Shown: positions 46,701 through 55,187, numbered from the stretch's first letter. The stretch: DNA of 64,000 nt from Candidatus Ornithomonoglobus sp. (GCA_051877435.1 JBJEIW010000268.1:77-64076); one strand, 5' to 3'. Translations and numbers: made by a program. The notes: generated from the letters alone by a model not told the origin.

Positions 46701-48706
46701 CCAAAGCCCGGCATCGCACTTTCAAGCTTAATTCTGCCGCCCGAAACACTATAGTTACATACAGTCTGACCGCTTATTATACGATCTCTTATCATGCTCT
46801 TTGTAAAGCTGTATCCACCGTATCCGGTCTCGCCTGTCGCATAATTATAGAACTTATCTGCCTCTGATGCATCCTTACATTCATATGCGGCAACCTCACC
46901 GTCATCTGTAATAAGTCTTACCGTTGGATAATCATCGCCCGCAGACTGATACATTGCAACAATTACGCCAATACCTGTAATCTCTGTTTCAGGATCAGGC
47001 TCCGGCAGATTAACCAGCTCTCCGCCGAGTACTATTGCAAAGCGGTAATCCCCTCTGCTGCCCCTGTTGAACAGATATACATCATACGTCTCACCGTCAG
47101 TGAAATTAGATGAGTTGATTTTGTAAACCGTATTTCCTGCGTTTGTTTCGCTCATATATTCACCTATACCAATAAGCTTCGTTGAATCACTTATCGTATA
47201 TGAGCCAAGGTTTGCTGATGAAGCCTGATATTCCAGCGCTGTTCCGCCTGACCCGGACAATGCCATGTCAAACTTAATTTTACCGCTTGAAAGCTTGTAG
47301 GTGCATACAGTCTGACCGTTTATTATACGATCTCTTATCATGCTCTTTGTAAAGCTGTATCCGCCGTATCCGCCGTATCCGTCCTCGCCTGTTGCATAAT
47401 TATAGAACTTGCTTGCCTCTGCATCGTCCTTACATTCATATGCAACAACCTCACCGTTCGCTGTAATAAGTCTTACTGTAGGATAATCATTACCCGCAAC
47501 CTGATACATCGAAACAATTACGCCGTAATTGGTATTTGAATCGTCCTTCTCGAAATACACAACCTGTCCGTATATATTAAGGTATGCAATATAATATTCA
47601 CTGAGATCTATAGCGGCGATATCCGCCATATCCCCGTTAACCTCGTAATCGGTACCGCCTATTCTGATTATGTAATCCAATGTATCTCTTGAGGTTACAG
47701 CTCCGCTGACTGTTTCATCGGAAACATAAATTTCCGCGCTGTCAAGCTCTGTGATCTCTCTGCCGCTGTTAACAACATCATAGCTTACAGTGAGGACATC
47801 GCATGTATTAAGCTCAGTATATGAAATCTCCTCTCCGTTCTTTATAAGCTTCACGCCTGCGTTATCAGCACCCCACGATATTGAAGCGCCTGATGGTCCG
47901 GCTAAAAGATTAATTATTACTTTGCCGTCAATGAGCTCCGCGCTGTCAACAATCGCGTCCACTGTATAGCTTACATTAATACGGTCATATTTATTGTCAC
48001 CGTCATAATCAATAAGTGTTACTATACCGTTTGTATTATTCAGAATGTATGTGTCTATAAGCTCATTTGTTACGATGCCCGCGCTGTAGCCGTTTACATA
48101 CATAACCGTATTCAGCTTTCCGCTGTTATCAGCCGACAAAGTATATTTAACCGTAGATGATGACTGCGCCGATTTATAAACCGGTATTTTTCCAAATTCA
48201 ACATAAGCTGTTCCGATTGCAGAATCATCATCCGCCACATCATTTGCCTTAAAGCTCACAGAGCCGAGCCGCTCCGGCTCACGCGCCTCTGCCTGCGGAG
48301 TGATGCTTCCGTCAGCAGACCACACAAAAAGCTTAACGGAAGGATTTTCCGGCGTATCCGAAAGATGAATTTTCAAATTATCCGCCGAATACTCTACAGT
48401 TCCCGCCGGTACCGTTTTAATGACGGTATTAAGAAGCCTGCCGCTGTCATAAACCGCCAATATCACATTGACGTCCTTGTCATTATTCAGCTCAACAGCA
48501 TCACTGTCAGCTATAACGACATCGGTTCCGTCTATGTAGTAATTAAATCCATCCTCCAGACTTGATATGCTCCCGATTTCACCGACATCTGCTGAATCCG
48601 TATCCGCTGCAGAAACAGTTTCCGCAGAAGCAAAATTAAAGCAAGTACCCGTACTGAAGAATACTGTCAACAGCGCAACACACGCCGTCATTTTTTTCTT
48701 ACTCAT
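43790..48706 (-). CDS. giant secreted repeat protein of unknown function (1638 aa; module order A-B-B-C / A-B-C)
   Basis: Uninterrupted ORF with RBS GAGGAG and a Sec signal peptide (KKKMTACVALLTVFFSTG..FASA|E). It has internally duplicated 170-250-aa modules. I see no LPXTG, SLH, dockerin or choline-binding motif. Confidence 0.85.
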   Translation of the reverse strand: MSKKKMTACVALLTVFFSTGTCFNFASAETVSAADTDSADVGEIGSISSLEDGFNYYIDGTDVVIADSDAVELNNDKDVNVILAVYDSGRLLNTVIKTVPAGTVEYSADNLKIHLSDTPENPSVKLFVWSADGSITPQAEAREPERLGSVSFKANDVADDDSAIGTAYVEFGKIPVYKSAQSSSTVKYTLSADNSGKLNTVMYVNGYSAGIVTNELIDTYILNNTNGIVTLIDYDGDNKYDRINVSYTVDAIVDSAELIDGKVIINLLAGPSGASISWGADNAGVKLIKNGEEISYTELNTCDVLTVSYDVVNSGREITELDSAEIYVSDETVSGAVTSRDTLDYIIRIGGTDYEVNGDMADIAAIDLSEYYIAYLNIYGQVVYFEKDDSNTNYGVIVSMYQVAGNDYPTVRLITANGEVVAYECKDDAEASKFYNYATGEDGYGGYGGYSFTKSMIRDRIINGQTVCTYKLSSGKIKFDMALSGSGGTALEYQASSANLGSYTISDSTKLIGIGEYMSETNAGNTVYKINSSNFTDGETYDVYLFNRGSRGDYRFAIVLGGELVNLPEPDPETEITGIGVIVAMYQSAGDDYPTVRLITDDGEVAAYECKDASEADKFYNYATGETGYGGYSFTKSMIRDRIISGQTVCNYSVSGGRIKLESAMPGFGGADLEYKASSAELGSYAISDTAKLIDMSDYMSETNAGLKAYPVSLSELEDGMAYDVYAFDSDDDGSCDFAVIFGGMLSLNTAADAAVIKSVDGVIDFDGTVCTQLTVLKDSEEKTVFIGGEDYVSDGEIIVYKEGRDGYVEDGDLYSYITNTYFYPELYYNTISSDNFAETLRNVNIIENGDYAGAAEPAFASPTVKNVALYFGPVYAKRDGSIQIITGKQDGISDISSDTVSLEIGENVNSYMYDYTNRPGYRASVSELPEVSPELYDAVSSGGSIDWSEAEAIEPVMAFAKVVDGELTELVGYYPASELSEDAEIEPGTVMTIKASDVADDNAYIGTAYVENMKIPVYASEESCATMNYPISEDCKIIINGAEIGAVSNDLIDRYILCNQNGEMTLSDTDNDSVFDEISVKYYVAAVVDSVITSSTGARIYFKASDNAGSSMKWDPDDEDIDITFTKDGSEISYTDLAENDVLSIAVNVIDAGLNGRLDLNDLEYYDILVSSNQVSGTLSSRNTEDWTVNVGGTEYAVVETLVSITDMELCTDYTLYLDAFGYIAWYDEGSVNKNYGVIVAMYQSAGNDYPTVRLITDSGEVVAYECRDSYEAERFYEYATGEYGYGSYSFTKAAIRDRILSGQTVCTYNLSGGKIKFDREMPGMGGSGLEYNALSSKLGPYSINASTKIMDMDAYMSGSDTVVHTLTPDDFENEAEYNVYLFDKNIDGVYRFAIVFSGINLLRAESPMAVVQKIVGTTDIDGVTCTEALVSYSGQSDISVMFEGYGDDLSEGSVVAYAVGRDGYVEDGNYHTVFSPSSDYASLLANSLSSDVFGSRMLKNVNQISSGTYAGGFEPSYAVSYTKDVVFYYGIVYSKSGNSLELFTTQDSGMSNVADVKSFSVSSANSYVYDYGQKAKYRVSIGSQTQSTSVFNPVYTDNSKNFISWERAAAEDVAPAIAIVKVADGDVIDVIYYAAP
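44507..45001 (-). repeat. B-module copy 3 (intragenic coding repeat)
   Basis: Encodes NYGVIVAMYQSAGNDYPTVRLITDSGEVVAYECRD...YRFAIVFSG, homologous to the modules at 46475-46977 and 47018-47530. Confidence 0.85.
46475..46977 (-). repeat. B-module copy 2 (intragenic coding repeat)
   Basis: Encodes GIGVIVAMYQSAGDDYPTVRLITDDGEVAAYECKD...CDFAVIFGG. It shares long near-identical DNA stretches with copy 1, for example 46759-46970 against 47303-47525. Confidence 0.88.
47018..47530 (-). repeat. B-module copy 1 (intragenic coding repeat)
   Basis: Encodes NYGVIVSMYQVAGNDYPTVRLITANGEVVAYECKD...YRFAIVLGG. It carries an extra GYG unit (GYGGYGGY against GYGGY in copy 2). Confidence 0.88.
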
Positions 48707-48806
48707 AAATCCATCTCCTCTAAATTTTCATTCGCGATCCTTTCCGGCATGTCCGCATATACCGGACAGATCAGCATATTTATGCAGAATATTTCTGTTA
48801 TGTATA

Positions 48807-48835
48807 ATTATATCATAATACTCATAATTTGTCAA
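48807..48835 (-). promoter_or_regulatory. perfect-consensus sigma-A promoter (TTGACA-17-TATAAT) for the 1638-aa gene
   Basis: Reverse complement: TTGACA (48835-48830), 17-nt spacer, TATAAT (48812-48807). The leader is about 95 nt. Confidence 0.7.
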
Positions 48836-48855
48836 GAAAATGTGTATATTAAAAA

Positions 48856-48889
48856 TATCATTAATGATAAACAATTATCATAAATGATA
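48856..48889. promoter_or_regulatory. two 14-bp palindromic operator-like sites
   Basis: TATCATTAATGATA (48856-48869, perfect palindrome) and TATCATAAATGATA (48876-48889), 20 bp centre to centre. They lie between the divergent 1638-aa gene promoter and the XRE gene. Confidence 0.6.
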
Positions 48890-48918
48890 TTGTAAAATTA
48901 ATTATAGAGGTGATCTTA

Positions 48919-49230
48919 ATGAAAAAAAACATGTTTGACTTTTCTGAGCGTCTGAAGGGACTTCGGAATAATATGGGGATTACCCAGTCCGATTTGGCAA
49001 AAAGGCTTTCGCTTACGCGGGCAAGCGTGAACGCATGGGAAATGGGTCTTTCCGTTCCGTCAACTCCGGTAATAGTAGAGCTTGCAATGCTCTTTCATGT
49101 GTCCACTGACTACCTTCTCGGACTTGATAACAACATAACAATCAGCACGGATTATCTTACCGACAAGGAAATTGCTGTAATTATGAACATGATTGACTGC
49201 CTCAAGGAAGCAAAAAAAACCTGCCGCTGA
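48919..49230 (+). CDS. XRE-family helix-turn-helix transcriptional regulator
   Basis: 103 aa from the ATG at 48919 (RBS AGAGG). HTH region: RLKGLRNNMGITQSDLAKRLSLTRASVNAWEMG. Confidence 0.85.
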   Translation: MKKNMFDFSERLKGLRNNMGITQSDLAKRLSLTRASVNAWEMGLSVPSTPVIVELAMLFHVSTDYLLGLDNNITISTDYLTDKEIAVIMNMIDCLKEAKKTCR

Positions 49231-49246
49231 GCGTGATGCCCGGCAG
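49221..49246. terminator. hairpin terminator between the XRE gene and the UPF0210 gene
   Basis: CTGCCG-N14-CGGCAG, preceded by A8 and followed by CCTTTTC. Confidence 0.55.
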
Positions 49247-49259
49247 CAGGCCTTTTCAT

Positions 49260-50627
49260 TTAATTCTTAAGGCTGTTTATCGGAGCCGGAATCCTTCCGC
49301 CTCTTGCGATGAACTCCTCACTCGAATACGGCTTGACCGGCATAACCGGACCGGTGCCGAGAAGTCCGCCGAACTCGACAACGTCTCCCTCCTTCATTCC
49401 CGGAGCGGGAATTACGCGGACTGCCGTTGTCTTTTGGTTTATCATGCCGATTGCGGCTTCATCGGCAATTATTGCCGAAATTGTTGACGCTGAGGTATCG
49501 CCCGGAATAACTATCATATCAAGTCCTACCGAGCATACGCAGGTCATTGCCTCAAGCTTTTCAAGCGTGAGCGCGCCGCAGGAGGCAGCGGCAATCATGC
49601 CCGCGTCCTCCGAAACCGGAATAAACGCGCCCGAAAGTCCGCCGACATAGCTTGACGCCATAACTCCGCCCTTCTTGACCGCGTCGTTAAGCAGCGCAAG
49701 AGCCGCGGTTGTGCCGTGGGTACCGCACTTTTCAAGTCCCATTTCCTCGAGAATATAGGCAACACTGTCACCCACTGCCGGAGTAGGAGCAAGCGAGAGG
49801 TCAACAATACCGAACGGAACCCCAAGACGCTTTGAAGCCTCCTGCGCGACAAGCTGACCCATTCTTGTAATCTTAAACGCCGTCTTTTTAACGGTTTCGG
49901 CAACAACACCGAAGTCCTTGCCCTTTACCTTCTCAAGAGCGCACTTGACAACACCCGGGCCGGAAACACCGACATTTATCACGCATTCTCCCTCGCCGTC
50001 GCCGAGGAACGCTCCCGCCATAAACGGGTTGTCCTCAACAGCGTTGCAGAACACAACAAGCTTTGCGCAGGCAAAGCCCTTTGTTTCCGAGGTTAAAAGC
50101 GCCGCCTTTTTAACGACCTCGCCCATCTGCTTGACCGCGTCCATATTGATACCCGCTCTTGTCGAGCCGATGTTTACGCTTGAGCATACAAGATCGGTCT
50201 GGGCAAGAGCCTCAGGAATAGATTCAATGAGAACTCTCTCGCCGTTTGTATAGCCCTTCTGAACAAGAGCCGTATAGCCGCCGAGGAAGTCAACGCCAAC
50301 GGTTTTTGCCGCCTTGTCAAGTGTTTTTGCGATTCTTACGCACTTTTCGACCGTCGGATTGTCAAGAACATCAACAAGCGAGGCAACCGGAGTTACCGAG
50401 ATTCTCTTGTTGATGATGGGGATGCCGAACTGCTTTTCAATATCCTCGCCCGTCTTTACAAGATCCCTTGCGTATTTTGTAATCTTATTATATACCTTTT
50501 CGCAGACCTTATCAATATCGGGGTCCGCGCATGATTTCAGAGAAATGCCCATCGTAATAGTACGGATATCAAGATTCTCCTGATCAATCATGTTTATGGT
50601 CTCCATAATTTCAAAAGGATTAATCAT
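49260..50627 (-). CDS. UPF0210 / PFL-family (DUF711) protein
   Basis: 455 aa. N-terminus [25 protein letters not shown], typical of UPF0210. Paired with an upstream ACT protein, as in many Firmicutes. Confidence 0.85.
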   Translation of the reverse strand: MINPFEIMETINMIDQENLDIRTITMGISLKSCADPDIDKVCEKVYNKITKYARDLVKTGEDIEKQFGIPIINKRISVTPVASLVDVLDNPTVEKCVRIAKTLDKAAKTVGVDFLGGYTALVQKGYTNGERVLIESIPEALAQTDLVCSSVNIGSTRAGINMDAVKQMGEVVKKAALLTSETKGFACAKLVVFCNAVEDNPFMAGAFLGDGEGECVINVGVSGPGVVKCALEKVKGKDFGVVAETVKKTAFKITRMGQLVAQEASKRLGVPFGIVDLSLAPTPAVGDSVAYILEEMGLEKCGTHGTTAALALLNDAVKKGGVMASSYVGGLSGAFIPVSEDAGMIAAASCGALTLEKLEAMTCVCSVGLDMIVIPGDTSASTISAIIADEAAIGMINQKTTAVRVIPAPGMKEGDVVEFGGLLGTGPVMPVKPYSSEEFIARGGRIPAPINSLKN

Positions 50628-50639
50628 CTCGCAGCCTCC

Positions 50640-50909
50640 TTATATTCTGTGCATTGACGAGAAAATTTCCTCACGCTGAACATGGATCGAAAGTCCCATT
50701 TCCTTTTCGGTAGCCTTAAGCGCTTTCTCAATTTCCGTAACCGAAACGCCTGTTTCGTCAAACTCAACCATCATTATCATCGTGAACATATCCTGCATGA
50801 TTGTCTGCGATATGTCCGCGATATTTATATCATTCTCAAAAAGAACATTGCTCACCTTCGCGATAATGCCCTTCTTATCCTTACCGACTACAGTAACTAT
50901 TGCTTTCAT
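50640..50909 (-). CDS. ACT domain protein (UPF0237 family)
   Basis: 89 aa, starting MKAIVTVVGKDKKGIIAKVS. The start overlaps the rlmB stop (ATGA). Confidence 0.85.
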   Translation of the reverse strand: MKAIVTVVGKDKKGIIAKVSNVLFENDINIADISQTIMQDMFTMIMMVEFDETGVSVTEIEKALKATEKEMGLSIHVQREEIFSSMHRI

Positions 50910-51643
50910 AATATATTTCTCCTTTGTCTTAACGCTTCATACATAAGCACGCTTGCCGCCACTGAGGCGTTCAATGAGTTTATCTCACCCTTCATCGGAA
51001 TTGAGGCTGTAAAATCGCATTTTTCACGCACCAGACGGCTTATTCCGCTGCCCTCGCTGCCTACCACTATTCCGATTGCGCCCTTAAAGTCTATATCATA
51101 CATGCTTTGCCCGTCCATATCCGCGGCAGTTATCCACAGCCCCTCTTTTTGCAGCTCCTCAATTGTCGCCGCTATATTCGTAACCTTGGCAACGGGCGTA
51201 TATTCCGCGGCTCCGACCGAGGTTTTCATTACCACGCTGTTTACGCCTACACTGTTGCGCTTGGGGATTATTACCCCTGTCGCGCCCACGCAGTTTGCGG
51301 TTCTGATAATCGCTCCCAGATTATGCGGATCGGTTATCTTATCGCATATAATGACAAACGGGCTTTCACCCTTATCGCGCGCCTTGTTAAGAATATCCTT
51401 TACGGATACATACCTATACGCGCTAACCATTGCGATAACTCCCTGATGATTTTCTCCCTCCGCTATTTTGTCAAGCCTTGCCGGGTCCGTCTGCTGAATA
51501 ACGATCCCCTTTTTCTTTGCCATATCAATGACCGGCACAAGCGACTTTGCATAAGGGCCGCTTTTTATAAGCAGCTTGTCTATTGAGCGGTCCGCCTTTA
51601 ACGCTTCGGTGACGGGGCCGCGTCCGAAAATTATATCTTCCAT
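50906..51643 (-). CDS. rlmB: 23S rRNA (guanosine-2'-O)-methyltransferase RlmB (SpoU/TrmH family)
   Basis: 245 aa. SpoU substrate-binding N-domain plus TrmH motifs (DPHNLGAIIRTA, GSEGSGIS, SLNASVAASVLMYE). Confidence 0.88.
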   Translation of the reverse strand: MEDIIFGRGPVTEALKADRSIDKLLIKSGPYAKSLVPVIDMAKKKGIVIQQTDPARLDKIAEGENHQGVIAMVSAYRYVSVKDILNKARDKGESPFVIICDKITDPHNLGAIIRTANCVGATGVIIPKRNSVGVNSVVMKTSVGAAEYTPVAKVTNIAATIEELQKEGLWITAADMDGQSMYDIDFKGAIGIVVGSEGSGISRLVREKCDFTASIPMKGEINSLNASVAASVLMYEALRQRRNIL

Positions 51644-51699
51644 TGTTTTTCCCTGTATAATTTAAGGGCGACTGTTCATCGCCCTTGTTATTCATAAAA

Positions 51700-52908
51700 T
51701 TACTTTGACAAGAACTTGTCGTGAATTGCGACTACGGCAGCCTCAGCTTCCTTGCGCGCAACGAGAACCGAAATCTTTATCTCTGATGTAGCAATCATCT
51801 TGATGTTGATATGCGCGTCCGAAAGAGCCTCAAACATTCTTGCCGCAACGCCTGAGTTATTGACCATACCCGCGCCTACGATTGAAACCTTCGATACGTC
51901 CTTTGTAGACTTAACCTCACGGGCTTTGATTATATTCTTATTGTCCTCAAGGAGCTTGAGAACCGCGTCGAGCTCCTCCTCCTTTACGGTGAAGCTGATG
52001 TCCTTTGATATGCCGTCGCCGATTGACTGGATGATAAGGTCAACGCTTATTCCTGCTTTGGCAATCAGCTCAAACACCTGGAATGCCTTCCCCGGTGTGT
52101 CCTCTACGCCGCAAAGCGCAATTCTTGCACAATCATTATCTCTTGTTACTCCTCTTACGAGCATCTTTTCCACTTGTGAAACCTCCTTAACATATGTTCC
52201 CTCATTGTTATTCAAGCTTGAGCGAACCGACAACTTAACATTATATTTCTTAGCCATTTCAACGCTTCTGTTGTGAAGCACATTTGCGCCGAGTGAAGCA
52301 AGCTCAAGCATTTCATCATATGAAATTTCATCAAGCTTGAACGCGCTCTTGCAGATTCTCGGGTCTGTTGTGTAAACACCGTCAACATCAGTGTAAATCT
52401 CACATACATCCGCGCGGAGCGCAGCGGCAAGAGCAACAGCCGATGTATCCGAACCGCCTCTGCCGAGAGTTGTTATATCATCATACTTATTAAGTCCCTG
52501 GAAGCCGGCAACAATAACTATTCTTCTTCTGTCAAGCTCCATATGGATACGCTCGGTATCAATAGTCTTAATACGCGCGTTTGTGTATTTTGAATCGGTT
52601 CTGAAGCCTGCCTGCCAGCCTGTAAGAGAAATTACAGGGTAACCAAGCTTTTCGATTGCCATTGCAAGAAGTGCAATTGAAATCTGCTCACCTGTCGAGA
52701 GAAGCATATCCATTTCGCGCTTTGAAGCGTTAGGATTAATTTCCTTAGCCTTTTCAATTAAATCGTCGGTAGTATCACCCTGAGCTGAAACTGCTACTAC
52801 TACGTTATTACCGGCTTTATACGCATCTGTAATACGTCTTGCAACGTTCATTACTCTTTCGGCATCCTTAACGGAGGTACCGCCGTACTTCTGAACTATA
52901 AGTCCCAT
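51700..52908 (-). CDS. lysC: aspartate kinase
   Basis: 402 aa. Starts IVQKYGGTSV, contains GRGGSDTSA, and has two C-terminal ACT domains. Confidence 0.94.
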   Translation of the reverse strand: MGLIVQKYGGTSVKDAERVMNVARRITDAYKAGNNVVVAVSAQGDTTDDLIEKAKEINPNASKREMDMLLSTGEQISIALLAMAIEKLGYPVISLTGWQAGFRTDSKYTNARIKTIDTERIHMELDRRRIVIVAGFQGLNKYDDITTLGRGGSDTSAVALAAALRADVCEIYTDVDGVYTTDPRICKSAFKLDEISYDEMLELASLGANVLHNRSVEMAKKYNVKLSVRSSLNNNEGTYVKEVSQVEKMLVRGVTRDNDCARIALCGVEDTPGKAFQVFELIAKAGISVDLIIQSIGDGISKDISFTVKEEELDAVLKLLEDNKNIIKAREVKSTKDVSKVSIVGAGMVNNSGVAARMFEALSDAHINIKMIATSEIKISVLVARKEAEAAVVAIHDKFLSK

Positions 52909-52941
52909 TGTTAAATATATTCCTTTCCTTTATTTATTGTA

Positions 52942-53838
52942 TTAGCTTACCGAAACCACAGCGCCTACATTATCCGTCTCAAGCAGCATACATTTCCAGC
53001 CACTAGAATTTTCTCTGAAAAAGCTTTCCATTCTCTGCCTGAATCCTGTACCGTCTCCGGTAAGTATTGATATGATTGTCGGTCCCGAACCGCTTAAATA
53101 GGTTGCCTTTGAGCCGCAATCATAGGTTTTGTCAAAAATATCATCAAAGCCGCCGATATATCCTTTTCGATACGGCTGATGAAGCTTATCTCTCACACCA
53201 AACCTCAGCATATCATAGTCCCCGGTTACAAGCGCCTCATGAAGCATAAGCGCCGAGGATATGTTATCCGCGGCATCGCGGAGATGAATAAGCTCCGGCA
53301 GAGCGCCGCGCGACTTCTTCGTTGCCACATAAAAATCCGGTATCATGACAGCAAATTTAAGCTCATTCGTAAGCTTTTCGCTTTTCACAATAGTCTTTCT
53401 GCCTTCCATCGCGGAAATACACAATCCGCCGTACAATGCCGGTCCGACATTGTCCGGATGCCCTTCCATTTCCGCAGCCATATTGAGAATTTCAGAATAT
53501 GAGAGCTTTCTTCCGCTTATGACATTCGCCGCAAGCATTCCGCCTATTATACACGCGCTTGACGAGCCAAGTCCGCGCGTCATAGGAATTTTGCTGTCCT
53601 GCTTTATATACAAGCCGCGGGGGCTGTACCCCGTTTCCCGAAAAATCCTGTCCATTGCCCGGTAAACAAGATTGCTCCTGTCACTCTGAACATTTCCGGC
53701 ATTATTTACAGTAATTATTTCAAGTCCGCATTCCCGTTCCTCAACCTCCAGCCTTGAATACAGGTTGAGCGCCACGCCCAGAGTATCAAACCCCGAGCCC
53801 ATATTTGCGCTTGTCGCGGGAACTCTGACATAGATCAT
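52942..53838 (-). CDS. thrB: homoserine kinase
   Basis: 298 aa. Motifs VPATSANMGSGFD and GLGSSSA (GHMP kinase). Confidence 0.93.
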   Translation of the reverse strand: MIYVRVPATSANMGSGFDTLGVALNLYSRLEVEERECGLEIITVNNAGNVQSDRSNLVYRAMDRIFRETGYSPRGLYIKQDSKIPMTRGLGSSSACIIGGMLAANVISGRKLSYSEILNMAAEMEGHPDNVGPALYGGLCISAMEGRKTIVKSEKLTNELKFAVMIPDFYVATKKSRGALPELIHLRDAADNISSALMLHEALVTGDYDMLRFGVRDKLHQPYRKGYIGGFDDIFDKTYDCGSKATYLSGSGPTIISILTGDGTGFRQRMESFFRENSSGWKCMLLETDNVGAVVSVS

Positions 53839-55046
53839 TAATCGAGAACCCTTATCGCAGTCTTAACACTGCCGAGCTTTTCTCTGTCCGCAGCAGCTTC
53901 TGATGCGGTAATCGGCTCTGTTATGAATGCTGATTCATCTTCTGCAAGGCTGTCAAGCTCTGTAACATTGCCGAAAGCAGCTTTAACCTCATCTATTGAC
54001 TTTTCTGCGCGCATAAAATATCTGAACTTCATATCATCAGCCGATGCAACTATATCCTCATCGGTCTTTTCCCAGCCGATAAGCTTTCTTCTTGACTTAT
54101 GAATCACGCAGTCAACCATATCGGCAACAACAGCTGAAGCAGTCGGGAGCTTACCCGCGCCCGCGCCGTAGAACATTACCTCGCCTACAGCGTCGCCGGT
54201 AACCATTATGCCGTTCATAACATCATCTATACCTGAAAGCATATTTCCGCTGCTGATCATCATCGGCGCAACATGCGCGTAAACCTTTCCGTTTGTAAGG
54301 AACTCCGCATAGCCGATAAGCTTGATTACAGCGCCTGCCGCCTCCGCGCATTTTACATCGTCAAGAGTTATAGCTGTTATGCCCTCTGTACTGATTTTGC
54401 TGTAATCAACCTCCTTGCCCGATGCAAGCGACGCAAGAATTGCGATCTTTCTGCACGCGTCGTGACCCTCAATATCTGCAGCCGGATTTCTCTCAGCATA
54501 GCCGTTAGCCTGCGCGTCCGCAAGAGCCGTGTCAAAGCTCTTATGATTCTTTATCATCTGATAAAGAATATAGTTTGTGGTACCGTTTAGGATACCCGCA
54601 ATCTTTATAATATTGTTTGCGGCAAGACATCTGCTCAGCGGTCTGAGGATCGGTATTCCGCCGCCGACGCTTGCTTCAAACAGATAATTTACATTATTTT
54701 TCTCCGCAATTGTAAGAAGCTCCGAGCCGTATGTCGCTACAAGCTCCTTATTTGAGGTTACAACGCTCTTCCCTGCTTCGAGAAGCTCTTTGGTAAACTC
54801 ATATGCCGGATGAAGTCCGCCCATAACCTCCGCAACTACGCTTACCTCTGTGTCATTTATAATATCATTTACATCCTTAGTGAACAAATGCTTTTTGGGA
54901 TGGTCGTCAAAGTCACGGATATCGAGAATATATTTCAGCTCAACATTCTCGCCGGCGCTTTTTGAAAGCTTTTCGCTGTTCATCTCTATGATGTCATAGA
55001 CGCCGCTGCCGACCGTTCCGTAACCCATAATTGCAACCTTTGCCAT
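53838..55046 (-). CDS. hom: homoserine dehydrogenase
   Basis: 402 aa. Starts IMGYGTVGSGV, contains VTSNKE, and has a C-terminal ACT-like domain. The stop overlaps the thrB start. Confidence 0.93.
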   Translation of the reverse strand: MAKVAIMGYGTVGSGVYDIIEMNSEKLSKSAGENVELKYILDIRDFDDHPKKHLFTKDVNDIINDTEVSVVAEVMGGLHPAYEFTKELLEAGKSVVTSNKELVATYGSELLTIAEKNNVNYLFEASVGGGIPILRPLSRCLAANNIIKIAGILNGTTNYILYQMIKNHKSFDTALADAQANGYAERNPAADIEGHDACRKIAILASLASGKEVDYSKISTEGITAITLDDVKCAEAAGAVIKLIGYAEFLTNGKVYAHVAPMMISSGNMLSGIDDVMNGIMVTGDAVGEVMFYGAGAGKLPTASAVVADMVDCVIHKSRRKLIGWEKTDEDIVASADDMKFRYFMRAEKSIDEVKAAFGNVTELDSLAEDESAFITEPITASEAAADREKLGSVKTAIRVLD

Positions 55047-55158
55047 TATATTTCCTCCGCTCTAAAATCAGGTTTATCTCCGTTTTTCCGTATAGCCTTC
55101 ACTGCGAAAAATAAACCTATATATTCAATTTAACAGAATATTCTGCTGCTCAGTATAA

Positions 55159-55187
55159 GATTATACCATAATTATGGTGATGTGTCA
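55159..55187 (-). promoter_or_regulatory. perfect-consensus sigma-A promoter (TTGACA-17-TGgTATAAT) for hom-thrB-lysC
   Basis: Reverse complement: TTGACA (55187-55182), 17-nt spacer ending in TGG, TATAAT (55164-55159). Confidence 0.7.

Noticed and set aside
48910-49230. The XRE regulator as a marker of a prophage or mobile island
   Set aside because: There is no integrase, recombinase, terminase, capsid or tail gene, att-like repeat or tRNA nearby. The flanking genes are housekeeping (lgt, UPF0210).
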